From the NCBI GenBank assembly GCA_051294905.1, contig CM119371.1, positions 6,760,001 through 6,824,000 on the forward strand: a stretch of 64,000 nucleotides of DNA, given 5' to 3'. The DNA is from Botryllus schlosseri (lineage: Eukaryota). The notes below the pieces were generated by a model, which saw only the letters and a list, made by a program, of their open reading frames with translations, made no database searches and was not told the DNA's origin. Shown here piece by piece: positions 27,820 to 42,043 of the stretch; positions within the stretch are counted from its first letter, which is position 1, and each line of letters starts with the position of its first letter. The position numbers and the translations under genes are program-made.

Positions 27820-29336
27820 CAGAATTGGACAACTAGATAATTCCAACTAGATAATTCCAGTTGTCTAATTCCCACTAAATTAGAGCGAAATGCCAGTAAT
27901 CTAATTCTAATCTAATTTGTGAAATGTTTCCATGCTCTAATTCTAATTCTAATCTAATTTGTGAAATGTCCGTCTGCTCTAATTCTAGTTTTAATCCAAT
28001 TAATGTTTTCCTGAAAATGCCTCTTTGTCCGAGGCATATTGCACTATTGCAGTGAGTTAACAAGAATATCCCTCTTGCGCAGGGAAATCCAGTGCCAAGC
28101 CGCCATCGCCTTACTTACACCGTGCAGTCTAAGATGATATTATGACGAATAATAGCCTGCTAGTGTAGCTTGTAGTCTGGGAACAACATTCTAGTTATTA
28201 AAACTTTATGTTAGTACATCGTCATTCTGACTAACATGGGCTATGCCCACGGTTACCATAAAAGAAGTAAATAAAAGAAGTAATATTTTATTAAAGTATA
28301 GTAAAAATCGAGCCAAGCTTGGTGTACAGAAGTTAACCATTCTCATGGTTATGGGAATGCACTGTTGTTGTTGTTTATTAAACAAAAATATGTGGCGCTT
28401 ATCGCCTCACGGCCTTTTTCACCACTCACTGTGATTTGATGTGAACTGAATTTGGCTGTATTCCTTTCCCATATACATTTTCATTCAATTTCCAAGTTTT
28501 TGCAAACTAAGTAGCTCTAATTATAATCTAATTTGAAAAAAGCTTAGTAGCTCTAATTCTAATCTAATTTGAAAAAAGCTTAGTAGCTCTAATTCTAATT
28601 CTAATCTAATTTGAAAAAAGCTTAGTAGCTCTAATTCTAATTCTAATCTAATTTGAAAAAAGCTTAGTAGCTCAAATTCTAATTATAATCTAATTTGAAA
28701 AAAGCTTAGTAGCTCTAATTCTAATTATAATCTAATTTGAAAAAAGCTTAGTAGCTCTCATTCTAATTCTAATCTAATTTGAAAAAAGCTGTGTAGCTCT
28801 AATTCTAATCTAATTTGAAAAAAGCTGTGTAGCTCTAATTCTAATTATAATCTAATTTGAAAAAAGCTTAGTAGCTCTAATTCTAATTCTAATCTAATCC
28901 GAAAAAAGCTGTGTAGCTCTAATTCTAATCTAATTTGAAAAAAGCTGTGTAGCTCTAATTCTAATTCTAACCTAATTTGAAAAAAGCTGGTGTAGCTCTA
29001 ATTCTAATTCTAATCTAATTTGAAAAAAGCTGTGTAGCTCTAATTCTAATTCTAATCTAATTTGAAAAAAGCTGTGTAGCTCTAATTCTAATCTAATTTG
29101 AAAAAAGCTGTGTATCTCTAATTCTAATCTAATTTGAAAAAAGCCGTGTAGCTCTAATTCTAATTCTAATCTAATTTGAAAAAAGCTGTGTAGCTCTAAT
29201 TCTAATTCTAATCTAATTTGGAAAAACTGAGTAGCTCTAATTCTAATTATAATCTAGTTTGAAAAAAACTGTGGAGCTATATTCTAATTCTAATCTAATT
29301 CAGAAAAGCTGAAAATTTTCTATTTGTCGAAGTCTG
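27820..29336. mobile_element. hAT-type element containing an expanded minisatellite
   Basis: Ends cagaattggacaa / ttgtcgaagtctg. 8-bp TSD gtcaccag at 27812-27819 and 29337-29344. Confidence 0.85.
28510..29310. repeat. 37/43-bp minisatellite, gtagctctaat(tctaat)1-2ctaatttgaaaaaagct(ta|gt), about 19 copies
   Basis: Directly visible tandem array. The unit switches from the gctta variant to the gctgt variant along the array. Confidence 0.95.
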
Positions 29337-30509
29337 GTCACCAGAGATAGCTTAGTGCTATGAATATCCATGGGATTTCATTCTGAAATTTACAACATGA
29401 ATGTTTGCTATGTATATTTTTTACACTGTTGCCAATTCTGGATATGCCACAATATTTCAACCCACCTGAAGTCATATCCATTACAGGAAGTCTTGACATA
29501 AATATCTTGTCTTTTGGCAGGTGACAAGCCTGAAAGAAAATCTCACAATTACACAGCAAGAAAAATAGACTTGAACTAGACTTGGACAACTGGAAAATTT
29601 TCAGCATTTCCAAATTAGATTACAGTTACAGCTACAAAGTTTTTCCAAATTAGAGTAGAATTATAGCTACACAGTTATTTCCAAATTTGATTAACATTAT
29701 TATTGTAGCTACAGCTTTGTCCCAATTAGATTAGAATTACTGAATTCGCGCAAACTTGGATATTGAATCAACTTCCATTAATACCAAATCATGGTTCATT
29801 CTAATGAGCATGACTGGAGTATAGCATGCTGCATGGGAATAGCAAATGTCTGCAGAGCAAACTTGGTTCGTTTCGGTCTATACAGTTCTCCTGTAGCATT
29901 TACAGGAAAACCGGAAAGTAGATTAGAAATGAAATTAGAGCATAGAAACATTTTACAAATTAGATTAGAATTAGATTACCGGTGCCAGCATTTAGGAAGA
30001 TTTGTTTGGTTATTAGACTCTGCCCTGTTCCCAATGTCACATCAATGATGCAATTAACCATCCCATAAAAGAGGTAAATCTTGATGATCACTAACGAATA
30101 CAGAGGCGTGCTTGGAGGGATGGTTTTAGATGGGATTTCAAGAACATGAAGCACAGGGAAGGGAAGCTATTATCCATACTTCAATTGTTCTATTAGCAGC
30201 CATTCACGTTAAATCAGTTCCTACAAACCGGGATAATAGTTTCAGCGTTGGGGCAAATTGAAAACTGATATCATTATGTTAACTTCACTAATCAACTCCT
30301 AAATTCTTCCATAGGTGCGAATAGAATGTTGATGTCTGTCCTAATTGTGACTTGAAAATACGCAGCCAGATAAAACTCACCTTGCATGACAATTTGTAAA
30401 TTGCTTGCCTGTGATGATAAAGAAAGGATGCGTCAGGTTGGAACCGATTAAAATTTGAACTTGACAGTCACCAATGTGTTCAGACTTGTTGCTACAGATG
30501 GAAATAAGG

Positions 30510-30931
30510 TAGGGTTACCATATTTTGAAATCGGAAAGGAGGACACTTCTACCAAATCATTTCAAGTTAGTTGAAGAAAACTGAAAGCAGCCGACTTTGC
30601 AATATTCACTGGAAATTATGTTGAGTTCACTACAAAAAAAAAGTTCATCTTTTTTACTCGACTCCCGGTTTACCCACTTTTTATTTGAATTTTGTGGTAT
30701 TCACTAAAAGAGGTAACCACTATCATTTAAATCCCGAATGACCCCCTCGAACGCCAATTTCACGTCATTTATGCAGATTTCCGTTGAATCTGTCCATTAA
30801 CCTAGCTGTAAAAGCTGTAAAGGATGACCGATTGCCCAAAGGGAGGGCATTTATCCGTCCTCGAAGGACATTTCTAAAAACCTGAAAAAGGAGGAAAAAT
30901 CCTTCCTAAACGAGAACGTATGGTAACCTCA
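30510..30931. mobile_element. Blackjack-like hAT MITE (unit 3 copy)
   Basis: TIR tagggttaccata / tatggtaacctca. TSD aaataagg at 30502-30509 and 30932-30939. Confidence 0.85.
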
Positions 30932-32292
30932 AAATAAGGTCGTTAATCGTGGTTGAGTTGAGTTTATTGAGAATAATTGTATCATTTCAAAAACACCCCA
31001 CCGCGCCTTAGCATTGATGGCAAATAATCGAATCCAACATCATTGATGAATTCAGAATGACTCACTTTCATCTCCCGAATAGAATTGTCAGACATTGATG
31101 CATGTCAGATTCCAACTGATTGAGATTGTCATGCAAATTTCTTTATCACCAAAGCCACTTCCAATCGGCCAACCAGACTATGAAATGATACGTTATAAAT
31201 TATGATCTTCTGGTTGCAATCCACTGTAAAAAATTGAAAAGAGTGGTTATGAAAAGTAACATCAATGAATGTATTGTATATACACCACAGCCTGCTTAAA
31301 CCAGGCTATCGTACAAGAAAATGTGGTAGATAACGAGTTGCCGATAGGTGGTTTGTTAAGTAACATGCGAAAAAATTCGGATTTCTTGATCATGGATCGC
31401 AAAAAAATAATGACACACAATAAAGACAACAAGATAAACGAAAATTACATCCGATTTAATTTCGTACTTGGATATAAAGTTGTAACTTGGCTCAAAAAGT
31501 GGCTCAACAGCATTGAATCATTGAATGCAGTGGGTTATTTCATACTGAATATTGGAAGGGTAAAACTTATACGACTTACTGTAAACAATGAGTTCTTAAC
31601 TCCTGATAAGGGCCATATAACCCTAGTGGGATCAATTGTGCAAGTCGTCAAAATGAACAACCATATCTATATTGGGCAAGGTAGTAAACATATGATGGGC
31701 TGCATCAACTAGAATTGCCGGCATGATTATGCACTTTTGTACAAGTCTTGAAGAATATTTCCACAAAATTACTGACTACTATTGCTATCATATTCATCAA
31801 ATGATACGAATCTACCGAAAAGTAGGTTATATGAAAAATTGAACATACGGATACAAAGTTCTGCCGATTGGAAACAAAAAAATGCACGATCTTGAAGGCA
31901 ATTGCCGTATGATGCATATAGCTTTATGAGTTGATATTTTTATTCATGTCTCAGCTGCAGATTTGTACAAACTACTAATCTAGTTAGTTCATGATCAAAT
32001 AGTAGTTCCAGTTGCAAATTTCAAAGCAAGCAGTTTAGCGTGAACAGTGATACTGGTGTTCTGTTGTGTGACGTTCTTGCAGCTATTGCAAGCTTGGAGT
32101 CAACACTACTAATAATAATGGTGTGGCCAGTAAATGGGTTTAGAGGGTAGAAAACTGTCCATTTCGAACTCCAAATGTTTAAACACAGATTCTGTCTCCA
32201 ACTCAGACCAATTTGCATTAGAAGTACCCTACTGCACTTGCTTAAGAACTGAAAATCGAGTAATTGCACAAGTTTGCTCAGTTGAGTGCGAT

Positions 32293-33805
32293 CTATATCT
32301 TCACAAATACTGATTAGTAAATTGGAAAACATTGATCTACTTTTGGTTTCACTATAGTCCATTTGTCTTGTGATATATCGTACTTTTCAATTGCATCAGA
32401 AGTTTCTCCATCTGTTACTGCAAAAATCCACTTGTCAATGTGATACACAGAAATTCGACAATGATAATCATTCATAGAAGATAGTGAATGCCACTGAGCT
32501 GAAGTAACATCGTAACAGTCTACGTTGTCGACATACTTTATTCCTCTCCAGCCACCGATCACGAAAATCTTTTGATCAACTGCAACAACACCACTCACAC
32601 AAATCTCATTGGGTCGAGATCAACCCACTCTGATGAGGATGGAGTGAATCTGCAGAATGAAGAAACTAGGACACCACCTGGTCCTTCACCTCCGATACAA
32701 TAGATTGAATTATTCAATGATACGAGACCCACATCACATATCGCTGTAGGTTTGTCTTCTAGTTCAATCCATTTATTCAGGAGGGAAGTAAATATTTCCA
32801 CAACATGGTCACAAATCATATTTTTCATCTTTTCCCATTTTGAATTTTTGCTCTGAAAATTGAGTCGATGAACTGATTTATTCCTACATAAAACGCAGAT
32901 ATACGAGTCTAGAGAAATCGCTGAGAAATGTTTTAAATTCGTTAACTTCTCTACTTTCTCAGTTACTGGATTGAAGGATCGGATACAATCTGCCTCATCA
33001 TCAAAAAGAAGTATCAATTCATCATCACCAATTTCTTCATACTTTTTGTGCGATGTTTTTGGAGCTTCTAAAAGATGTACAATCTGAAGTCGTTTCTGAT
33101 AGTTTGGTTTGATTTCAAAAGACGCTCTAAAAATGCCAGAGCCACTTTATCAAACTTGACCACTTCGAGACACTTGTGCAAATGTTTCTGATTTTTCCCA
33201 TTTTTTTCAACCCAATTGAACAACAACGTTGTTTGTCTTCTTCACATAACTTTGAGTTTTCAGACTTCACATAACTGAGGATGTTAGTTTTTTCAGTATT
33301 TCCAAATTCACATTGGTTTGATATTGCCATGATATTTTCATGAAAAAATGCTCTACATCGCGTAGAGACGGCATCCAGTCCATACATATCGGCGACATTT
33401 CTTGTGGAAAAGTAATTCTCAACATCAAGTGATTCCTCCAAAACGTCAGATATTGCCTGTTTCACATTTTCCAACTACATCATGATTGCGACATGAAGAA
33501 GCTCAATCATCTTTTCTTCGGAAATTCCTAATTTGCCTGAATATATGAAATCGATGCAGCTTTTCACACATATAATCAACCTCTTTCAAAACAACTTTTC
33601 CCTCTCGACTCTCTTTTGTGTCGTGCTTTAACATCGCTTTGAAATAAGCACAACCAGCCGACAATACATTTCTATGAGTGTAATAGACATCATCTCCCAC
33701 TTGAATTATGAAATCACAATGATCGTTTTCTTGCTTCATTCGATGCAATTCTTCCATCATCTTCATTGAATGTTTTTCTACATTTGGACACACAATCTGC
33801 ACCAT
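32293..33805 (-). pseudogene. KLHL-like copy 3, multiply disrupted
   Basis: Four ORF fragments are colinear with the paralogs. Lesions include a ~2-bp deletion near 33571, CAG>TAG near 33476, further frameshifts, and an in-frame loss of ~25 codons near 32803 (CDH-V-VEIF vs CDHGPNPSSVSLSGSIFVVGRSYPKATSDVEIF). Confidence 0.9.
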
Positions 33806-34692
33806 GATTGTCAATCATGCACAGTAAGCTATATAGAATGATCCTATGATTGTTATGATATAGTCAAGCACTGTTGTTGAAGTAAAGATGATTAGTAGGG
33901 TAGATTTCGCACTGTCTACCGTTGCAGACTGCACATTGTCTGCTCATTGTGAATCATAAACGGTTACAAGCACACACACTCTCACATTACTACGGTAATA
34001 AACATTGGTCAGAAACGAAATTTATGAAGTAGTCAAATAGCATATGTATAGTAGGGTTGTTCAGAATTGACCGACTTTCAAAAAGTCTAGGTTTTCAGTC
34101 CGTTTCCCATGCCTTATACCTTAAAAACAAATTCTGGCAACTTTTTTTTGTAATTCATCCCCTGCATCCGTGTGCACATTGCCGTTTTCTCATGCAACTA
34201 AAAATTTCTTCGGAATTAGGGGATTCCCCCGTTGTCAGTGACTCGACAGGAATGGCGTGTGTTCTCATTGACGTGACGCGTATGGTTCTAGCGCTGAGCA
34301 CGGCTGTGAAACGGGGATCATTGATTAGTCAGGTGCCTTGCTGCTTTGTTGTTGATGGACTGTGTTTACGATAGAGGTGCAGGACTTATCAGGCGGCGTT
34401 TTGACTCATGCTATTAGCGAGTTTAGCGCGTGATTAGTGAACATAGTATTATAGCAGTATACAACTATTTAATGTAATAGACCTGATACTCTTTTCCTTT
34501 CTACTGGGATAGAAACAAAGCTTGCAAATGTCTATTCCAGTGACTGGGGAAAACCGCCAGTCGGTTGCTCTAAATTTTTTGTTATATCCCAAGATATCAA
34601 TATACTGGTATGAGTTTTTCCAATTTAGGAATAACTATCTTCGATAATCTATAACTGGATCTAATCTGGCTACTCCTGTGCAAGTTATGCAG

Positions 34693-35653
34693 CAGTGTTG
34701 GGATCAAGTCACTACCTTCGAGTCACGAGTCATTTCGAGTCATTGCACATTTTGACTCGAGTCAAGTCAAGTCATTCGATTTTTAAAGGTGACTCGAGTC
34801 AAGTCAAGTCACTCATTTTTTGCGGGTGACTCGAGTCAAGTCGAGTCAAGTCAAGTCAAGTCACGAGTCAAGTCACGATTCAAGTCAAATTGAATTTTCG
34901 AAGTATGAATGATGATGCAAAGTCATCGCATTTTGCTAACTGGGTAAAGTACAGATAAATTGACTATTTATCTTGAATAAAATAACGAATATAAAGGTAA
35001 ACATACATGGAAAAAGACGTTGTATCGTTCACGAACACGTAGAACTGCTAATAAAATACGCGAGTAACTGTGTATACTAACATGCTACAGTTTGTTATTA
35101 TCAGCCAATATTGAGGATAGAATACGTAGCCTCGAGAAGTTGAACAAATTGATGCAGTACAATACACAATCACCACATCCGTGAGAATATAAACTCATAA
35201 ACTATATAATCGATCGATTTAAATCATACAAGAGTGTTGGTAAAGGTGAGCACTGCGCAATGTAAGCACTGAGCCGCATAAGAAACAAAGATGCGTTGCT
35301 ATTATATATTTATCTATGCTACTACGACAACGTAAGCTGTGATCGTTTCGTTTGCGGTCAATTTATTTATGATGTAACAATGGAGGATCAGTGAAATGCA
35401 CAATCAGTAAATGACTGGTTGCTCGCACAAGTGACACCGGCGTATTGCGGACAACCCGGAACCGTTTACTTGATGACTTGAAATTGACTCGTAAATTTTG
35501 CTCCGAGTCACGAGTCCATCCACATTTTTGAAGCGCCGAGTCAAGTCAAGTCAAGTCATTTTTGCAAAGTGACTCGAGTCAAGTCAAGTCATACGAAAAA
35601 GTTGAGTCGAGTCTGACTCGAGTCAAGTCATGACTCGAGTCATCCCAACACTG
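34693..35653. mobile_element. hAT MITE (gactcgagtc family) nested in the hATm-like element
   Basis: TIR cagtgttgggat / atcccaacactg. 8-bp TSD ttatgcag at 34685-34692 and 35654-35661. Confidence 0.92.
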
Positions 35654-35769
35654 TTATGCAGTATGTGTTTGACCTAAAACTCTAATAGAACTGAAAGGTT
35701 TTCCACTATTCTTTGTTGCTTGACTGAGTTTATGTATATCTGTTTTTCTAGGATTAGCTGTAGTGCGAA

Positions 35770-38128
35770 ATGTCTGAAAAAAAAAGAAAATCGTCATCTA
35801 GTGCAGCAGTACCGAAGAAAACTAGAAGAACACGATCGCAGACACAGCATTTCTTAGTTGGGCCATCTGAGGAAGCCATTACGGGATCGAAGTTGCCCAG
35901 AATGCCCACTCTGTGGCAAGTATGCAATATGTGCTACACCTGAGAGAGCATTCATTTTAAAAAAATGAACCAGTCAAGTCACACATCCAGATCGCAGTAA
36001 ATGAAGTGATCGGTTTTTGGTTACTTGCTGGCATAAAGACTATCACAAAAGTCAATGCCACTAAAAGATTGGAAACAGTGTGGAAACAATGGCTGTCACT
36101 AAAGAAAACTGCAGGCCGGCAATATGTATCAAAAAAACAAAGCGACTTTGAAGCCAAACTGAGTAAGCTATGGGATATAGGAGCCCTTGACGCGATAGCG
36201 ACAATTGAAGCAAGTAGACTTCTTCCTGACGATCAAAAACGTGAAGACATAGCATTTTATCAAGATCAAAGGGGTCCGAGATTAGCAATGATCGGTGGCA
36301 AAGATAAAGTGTTGAAAGCGAAAATCATGCAACAAAAGAGACGGACCATGACTGCAAGAGAGTCTGCACCAGCATCAAGTAGCGAAGGTGAATTTACAGA
36401 GAGCTCATCTATATCTTCACAGGTAGCTGACACTTCTCACAGCACTGATTTTGAACTTGCACAGTCGACATTTGGTCATACCGCTAAATTTGTGACTATA
36501 AAAGCTCCTGTAAACCTATTCAGCGACGAAGACCTAGGCCAGGTTTTTGATCGCTTGAAAGTCAGTGATAATGCCGCTACCATGATAACTGCAGCACTGA
36601 TTAAAGCTTGCGATGGCAACCCTAATGACTTCCATCTTTCAAGATCTGGGACCTATCGACGACGCATTGCAAATCGTTTGAAAATTTCCGAATCTATCTT
36701 TGAAAAAATATCCACCAATCCACCAGAGCACATTGCATTGCACTGGGATGGAAAGCTCACTAAGAGTCGTCTAGGATATCAATTTGAGACCTTGGCAGCG
36801 CTCGCATCGTCTGCGTATTCCGGCGCATTTAAGAAAGGGAAACTTCTTGGCATTCAAACTCTGGAAAGTGCTACAGGAAAAGCACAGGCTGATGCATCAT
36901 TTGAACTGCTGGAACTTTGGAATTTAACAAAATCTGTTAGAGCTCTTGTGTTTGACACAACATCCTCAAACACTGGTAAAAACAAAGGTGCGGTTCCGTT
37001 ACTTGAAGAATTGATTAACAGGAAAGTTTTCTACAATGCCTGTCGCCATCATATTTATGAACTGGTCATTCGAGAGGTTTGGAAGTGTTTGTTTGGATCG
37101 ACAACCACAGGCCCTGAAAACACGGATTTTAATACCTTCAAGAAGAAGTGGAACCATATTGATAAATCAAGAAGCTATAAAACGCTGAAGTTTATTGAAG
37201 GCAGCTGGTTGGCGATGAAAGCTGATGAAGCAAAGCAAGAAATAATCCCACTGATGAAACCCAATGATGGAAAGCAGAAAGAAGTCTTGATAAGAGATAA
37301 CTACAGAGAATGTGCAACTGCAACAGGCACCTTGGCGATTTTGGATGACAAATATGTTGATCATCGTTTTCGCAAGCCTGGTGCTATTCATGCGCCAGAT
37401 GGATGAGTCAAATCCTGTACTGTCAAAAAATGTTCATGTGGAGTGAGAAAATGGACTATTCTGAAGAGTTCATTGAAAAGTTGGAATGAATCAATACATT
37501 CATTGCTTTGTTTTATGTTCCAGCTTGGTTGAAAACTGGTATTGCATGTGACGCACCTTGGAATGATCTCAAATTCCTTCATGACATGAAAAACTTTTCA
37601 TTATGCGATCTCACTGTTGCTGATGTGGCATACAAGAAATTGCGAAAACATCATTGGTATCTAACTGAGTAAATGGTGGTATTTACCATGTTCTCGGCTA
37701 ATCCAAAGATTCCTGACAAACTGAAGGAAGCGATGGCTGCTAAATTGCTGAAAATGCCAATCCCTGAAAAATTTCGCAGAGGTATGCCTCTCAGTCTGAT
37801 CTCTGACTCTGTCTCTGAGTCAATGAGTATGGTCGATTTGATTGGGCCAGAATCGTGGTTTCTATTTGATGCTATACATGTGGAACATGATTGGTTGAGT
37901 CTTCCAGTTTCGGAATGGCATACTGATCCGGATTTCGTGACTACTCAAGAATTTGTGAATACTGTTGAAGTAGTTAATGATGCAGCAGAGCGTATGGTAA
38001 AATTGAATACCGACTATGCTGCGTTCATAACGGATGACAAAAAACAGATAGCGAGCCTCCTACAAGCTGTGGAAGATCACCGGAACAGATATGCAGATTT
38101 CTCGAAAGCAACCATTTCATCCACCTGA
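35770..38128 (+). pseudogene. hATm-like transposase pseudogene
   Basis: Motifs LHWDGK, FDTTSSNTG, ACRHHIYEL, PGAIH/ARWM and VVNDAAERMVKL. Frameshifts near 35905-35930 and 37390. Premature stops near 37488 and 37670. Confidence 0.88.
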
Positions 38129-40498
38129 TTTATGTAATATTTTGCCAAGTTGATCTCTTTCTTTGCCTTATTTTTTCGTTTCCTGTGATGTTTATTATGT
38201 GGCTGTGAGTGGATGTTACATTTAAAGTTGTATTCTTGCACATGGGGATCCAGGAAATTGATGAACAGTGCCGGGTAGGTTTGAGGGGTGTAGGATATGT
38301 GATCCAACAAAATCACTATCAGTTTTAGGTAGTTTTGAGCAGTTCTAAGGCAGTGTGGGACATGGAAATGATATCCTGAACTAGGAATGCCTTATATAGT
38401 GGGGTTTTGTAGCACTACAAACCACAACAGCTGCATAAATCCGTTGTTATATGTCACTTCAACTAGGCTAGGTAAAATCGTGACACTCAGATTTTAGGGG
38501 ATTCCCCTATTTTCAGCTGCTATTCTTCCAGCTCAATGTGCACACGGATGCAGGGGACGAGTTACAAAAAAAAGTAGCCAGAATATGTTTTTAAGGTATA
38601 AGGCATGGGAATCGGACTGAAAACCTGGACTTTTTGAAAGTCGGTCAATTCTGAACAACCCTAATGTATAGTCTACTTGCACTTAGTCAAGTATTCAAGG
38701 ACTAGGACTTGCGGTCTTTCTTGATCATTTGTTCAGCCCAAGCAGCTCAGCTACACTACAAATATCTTTAATTTGGTCAAGTGGGAAGGAGCATTTGGTT
38801 ATATTTACATCGATTTAACAATTTAACTAAACCAGACGATGCATTTACTCGATCCCAGTATCATAGCATAATTCCAATTTAAAAATTATGTACAATATTA
38901 TCTATATAATTGGCCGTAGCCTATTTTCCATTTTGCAAATATGCCATGATCCACCACTCAGCCTCGATATACATCTAAGCGGCAGCAATACGGCAGGTTT
39001 AGGCCAAGCAGTTCATATCAAATTGGTTTGTTCTTATGAGCACGAGAATGGAAAATGTACGTATCGCAAGCTTGTCCCATTTTGAACTATACAGTTATTT
39101 TTTGGGATTTACAGGAGAACCGGGAATTAGAGTGGTACATTTCCCAAATTAGATTAGAATTAGAGCCAGAAACATTTCAAAAATTAGATGCGAGTCAGAT
39201 AACTGGCATTTTCCTAGGAAGAGAGGTGACCAATTTTACGGATGTATCAGGTTTTTTAAATTAGGGTCAAATCACAATTATAGCTAAACAGTATTTTCCA
39301 AACTAAAATGAAATTAGAAATATAGTTACACTTTTTTTCCAAATTATATTAGAATTGCGAGTTTACGAAAACTTGGACATTGAATTACCGGTAAGTACAG
39401 TTCATATCAAATCATAGTTTTAAGCACGATAAAGGCAAATGTCTGAAACGCAAGCTTAGCTGGTTTCGAGCTATATAGGTCTTCTGTAGCATTTACAGGA
39501 AAACCGGAAAGAAGATTAGAGCATAGAAAAATCTCCCAAATTACAATAGAATGAGAGCAAAGATACAATGCACAACTTAGATTAGATTTTAATTACTGGC
39601 ATTTTGCTTTAGTTAGTCAAATTGGACAACTAAAATTTTCTAGTTGTCCAAGTACGTCTGGACAGTCTCCGCCTTTTTGAGTAACTTGTTTGATTTGGGG
39701 GTTCGACTTGGATTGGTACTTGGGACTGCAGTGTGCTTCGCCCAGTCACTAGGTGCCGACAAAGTGAGATAAGCGCTTTTCATGAGGTCTCCCCGACAAA
39801 TTTGAAATTTTATCGCTGTCTGATTTCGTCGTCGTGACCATGGGAGGGGGTCTGAGGATTGGATTTTACGAATTCTTCGGTTCACCTGCTACCTTCTTAC
39901 TCCCCTTGAAACGTTCCCCGGGATTGGGCCAGTTCAGATTCTCCACCTGCGAAAAATATGTAAGGGGTCAGTCAACACTTGCATTGGAGTCGTGGGATTT
40001 TAAGGTTTTTTTTAAAATTGATACAGAGGCGTGCTTGAATGCATGATTTTAAACGGGATTTCAAGAACATGCAGCACGGGGGAGGGTGGCTATCAGCCAT
40101 ACTTCAATTGTTCTATTAGCTAATTAGCAGATACGCACGGTTTTATCAGTTTCTACAAACTGGGATACGGTACCAACTTCAACGTAGGAGCAAATTGAAC
40201 TGATATCACTAGTTAACTTCGATAATCATTTTCTAAATATCTAGGTTAGTGTGAATAGAATATCGTTGTCCATCCTAATTGTGGCTTGAAAATATGCAGG
40301 CGGATAAAACTCACCTTGAATGACAATTGGTGTACTTGCTTGCAAGTTACAACTTGCTCGACTCAGATCCATAGAAAACCCTTTCCTGTGATGATAAAGA
40401 AAGGATACTTCGGGTTACGATTCAAATCCGAACTTTATAGTCAACCAAACTATTCAGCCAAAGTGTTTGACTTGTTGCTACAGATGGAAATAAGGTAG

Positions 40499-40930
40499 TA
40501 GGGTTACCATATTTTGAAATCGGGAACGGAGAACACTTCTACCAAATCATTTCAAGTTAGTTGAACAAAACTGAAAGCAGCCGATTTTGCAATATTCACT
40601 GGAAATTATGTTGAGTTCACTACAAAAAAAAAGTTCATCATTTTTACTCGTCTCCCGGTTTACCCACTTTTTATTTTAAATTTGTGGTATTCACTAAAAA
40701 AGGCCACCACTTTAATTTAAATCCCGAATGGCCCCCTCGAACGTTCGAATTGCCAATTTCACGTCATTTATGCAGATTTCCGTTGAATCTGTCCATTAAC
40801 CTAGCTGTAAAAGCTGTAAAGGAGGACCGATTGCCCAAAGGGAGGACATATATCCGTCCTCGAAGGACATTTCTGAAAACCTGAAAAAGGAGGAAAAATC
40901 CTTCCTAAACGAGAACGTATGGTAACCCCA
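40499..40930. mobile_element. Blackjack-like hAT MITE (unit 4 copy, same insertion site as 30510-30931)
   Basis: Near-identical sequence with the same aaataagg flanks. Confidence 0.85.
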
Positions 40931-42043
40931 AAATAAGGTCGTTTACTCGTGGTTGAGTTGAGTGTAGTGAGAATAATTGTATCATTTCAAAACACCCCAC
41001 CGCAGCTTAGCATTGATGGCAAATAATCGAATCCAAAATCATTGATAAATTCAGAATTACTCACTTTCATCTCTTGAATTGAATTGTCAGACATTGATGC
41101 ATGTCAGATTCCAACTGATTGAGATTGTCATGCAAACTCTTTTATCACCAAAGCTATTTCCCATCGAACGACCAGACTAATAAATAATATATTATAAATT
41201 CTAATCTTCTGATTGCAATCCATTGCAACAACATGAAGAGTGGTTATGAGAAGTAATATCAATGAATGTATTGTATGTAGACCACAGGTTGCTCAAACCA
41301 GGCTATCATACCAGCAGATGTGGTAGATAACGAGTTGCCGATAGTCGCCACATATAAGCATAATCGAAATGGTTTGTTAAGTATGCGTAAGAATTCAGAT
41401 TTCTTGATCATGGATAGCAAAAAAGTAATGACACACAATACAGACCAGATAAACAAAAATTAGATCCGATTTTATTTCGTACTCGGATATAAAGTTGTAA
41501 CTTGACTCAAAAAGTGGCTCAACAAGGAAGACATCCACACTTTTTTGAAATTTCCAGGCATTGAATAATTGAATGCAGTGGGTTATTTCATACTGAATTA
41601 TGGGAAGGGGTAAGACTTAGGCTATACAGTTTACTGTAAACAATAGGTTCCCCACTGCTGATATTGGCTGTATAATCATTGTGGGATCAATTGTGCAAGT
41701 CGTCAAAATGAACGAACATATATAGCTATATTGAGTAAGGTATTAAATATATGATGGGCTGTATCAACAAGAAATGCTGGCAGGATTATGCACTTTCATA
41801 CAAGTCATGAAGAATATTTCCACAAATTTGCTGGCCACTATTGCTATTACATTCATCAAATGATACGAATCTACCGGAAAGTAGTTTACACATGACACAT
41901 TTGTAAAATTGAACGTACGAAGTTCTGCCCGATTTGAAACACAGTTTCTATTTCCAACTCGGTAATTCAAATGATAAGTACTTCAGTTGCTTCGGATCTG
42001 AAAAATCCAGTCATTTGCACAAGTCTGCTCAGGTGAGTGCAAT

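Larger units (their letters stand above)
34052..38663 (+). mobile_element. Full-length but decayed hAT-superfamily (hATm-like) DNA transposon
   Basis: ~130-bp TIRs beginning tagggttgttcagaattgaccgac. 8-bp TSD atgtatag at 34044-34051 and 38664-38671. Internal transposase. Confidence 0.93.
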
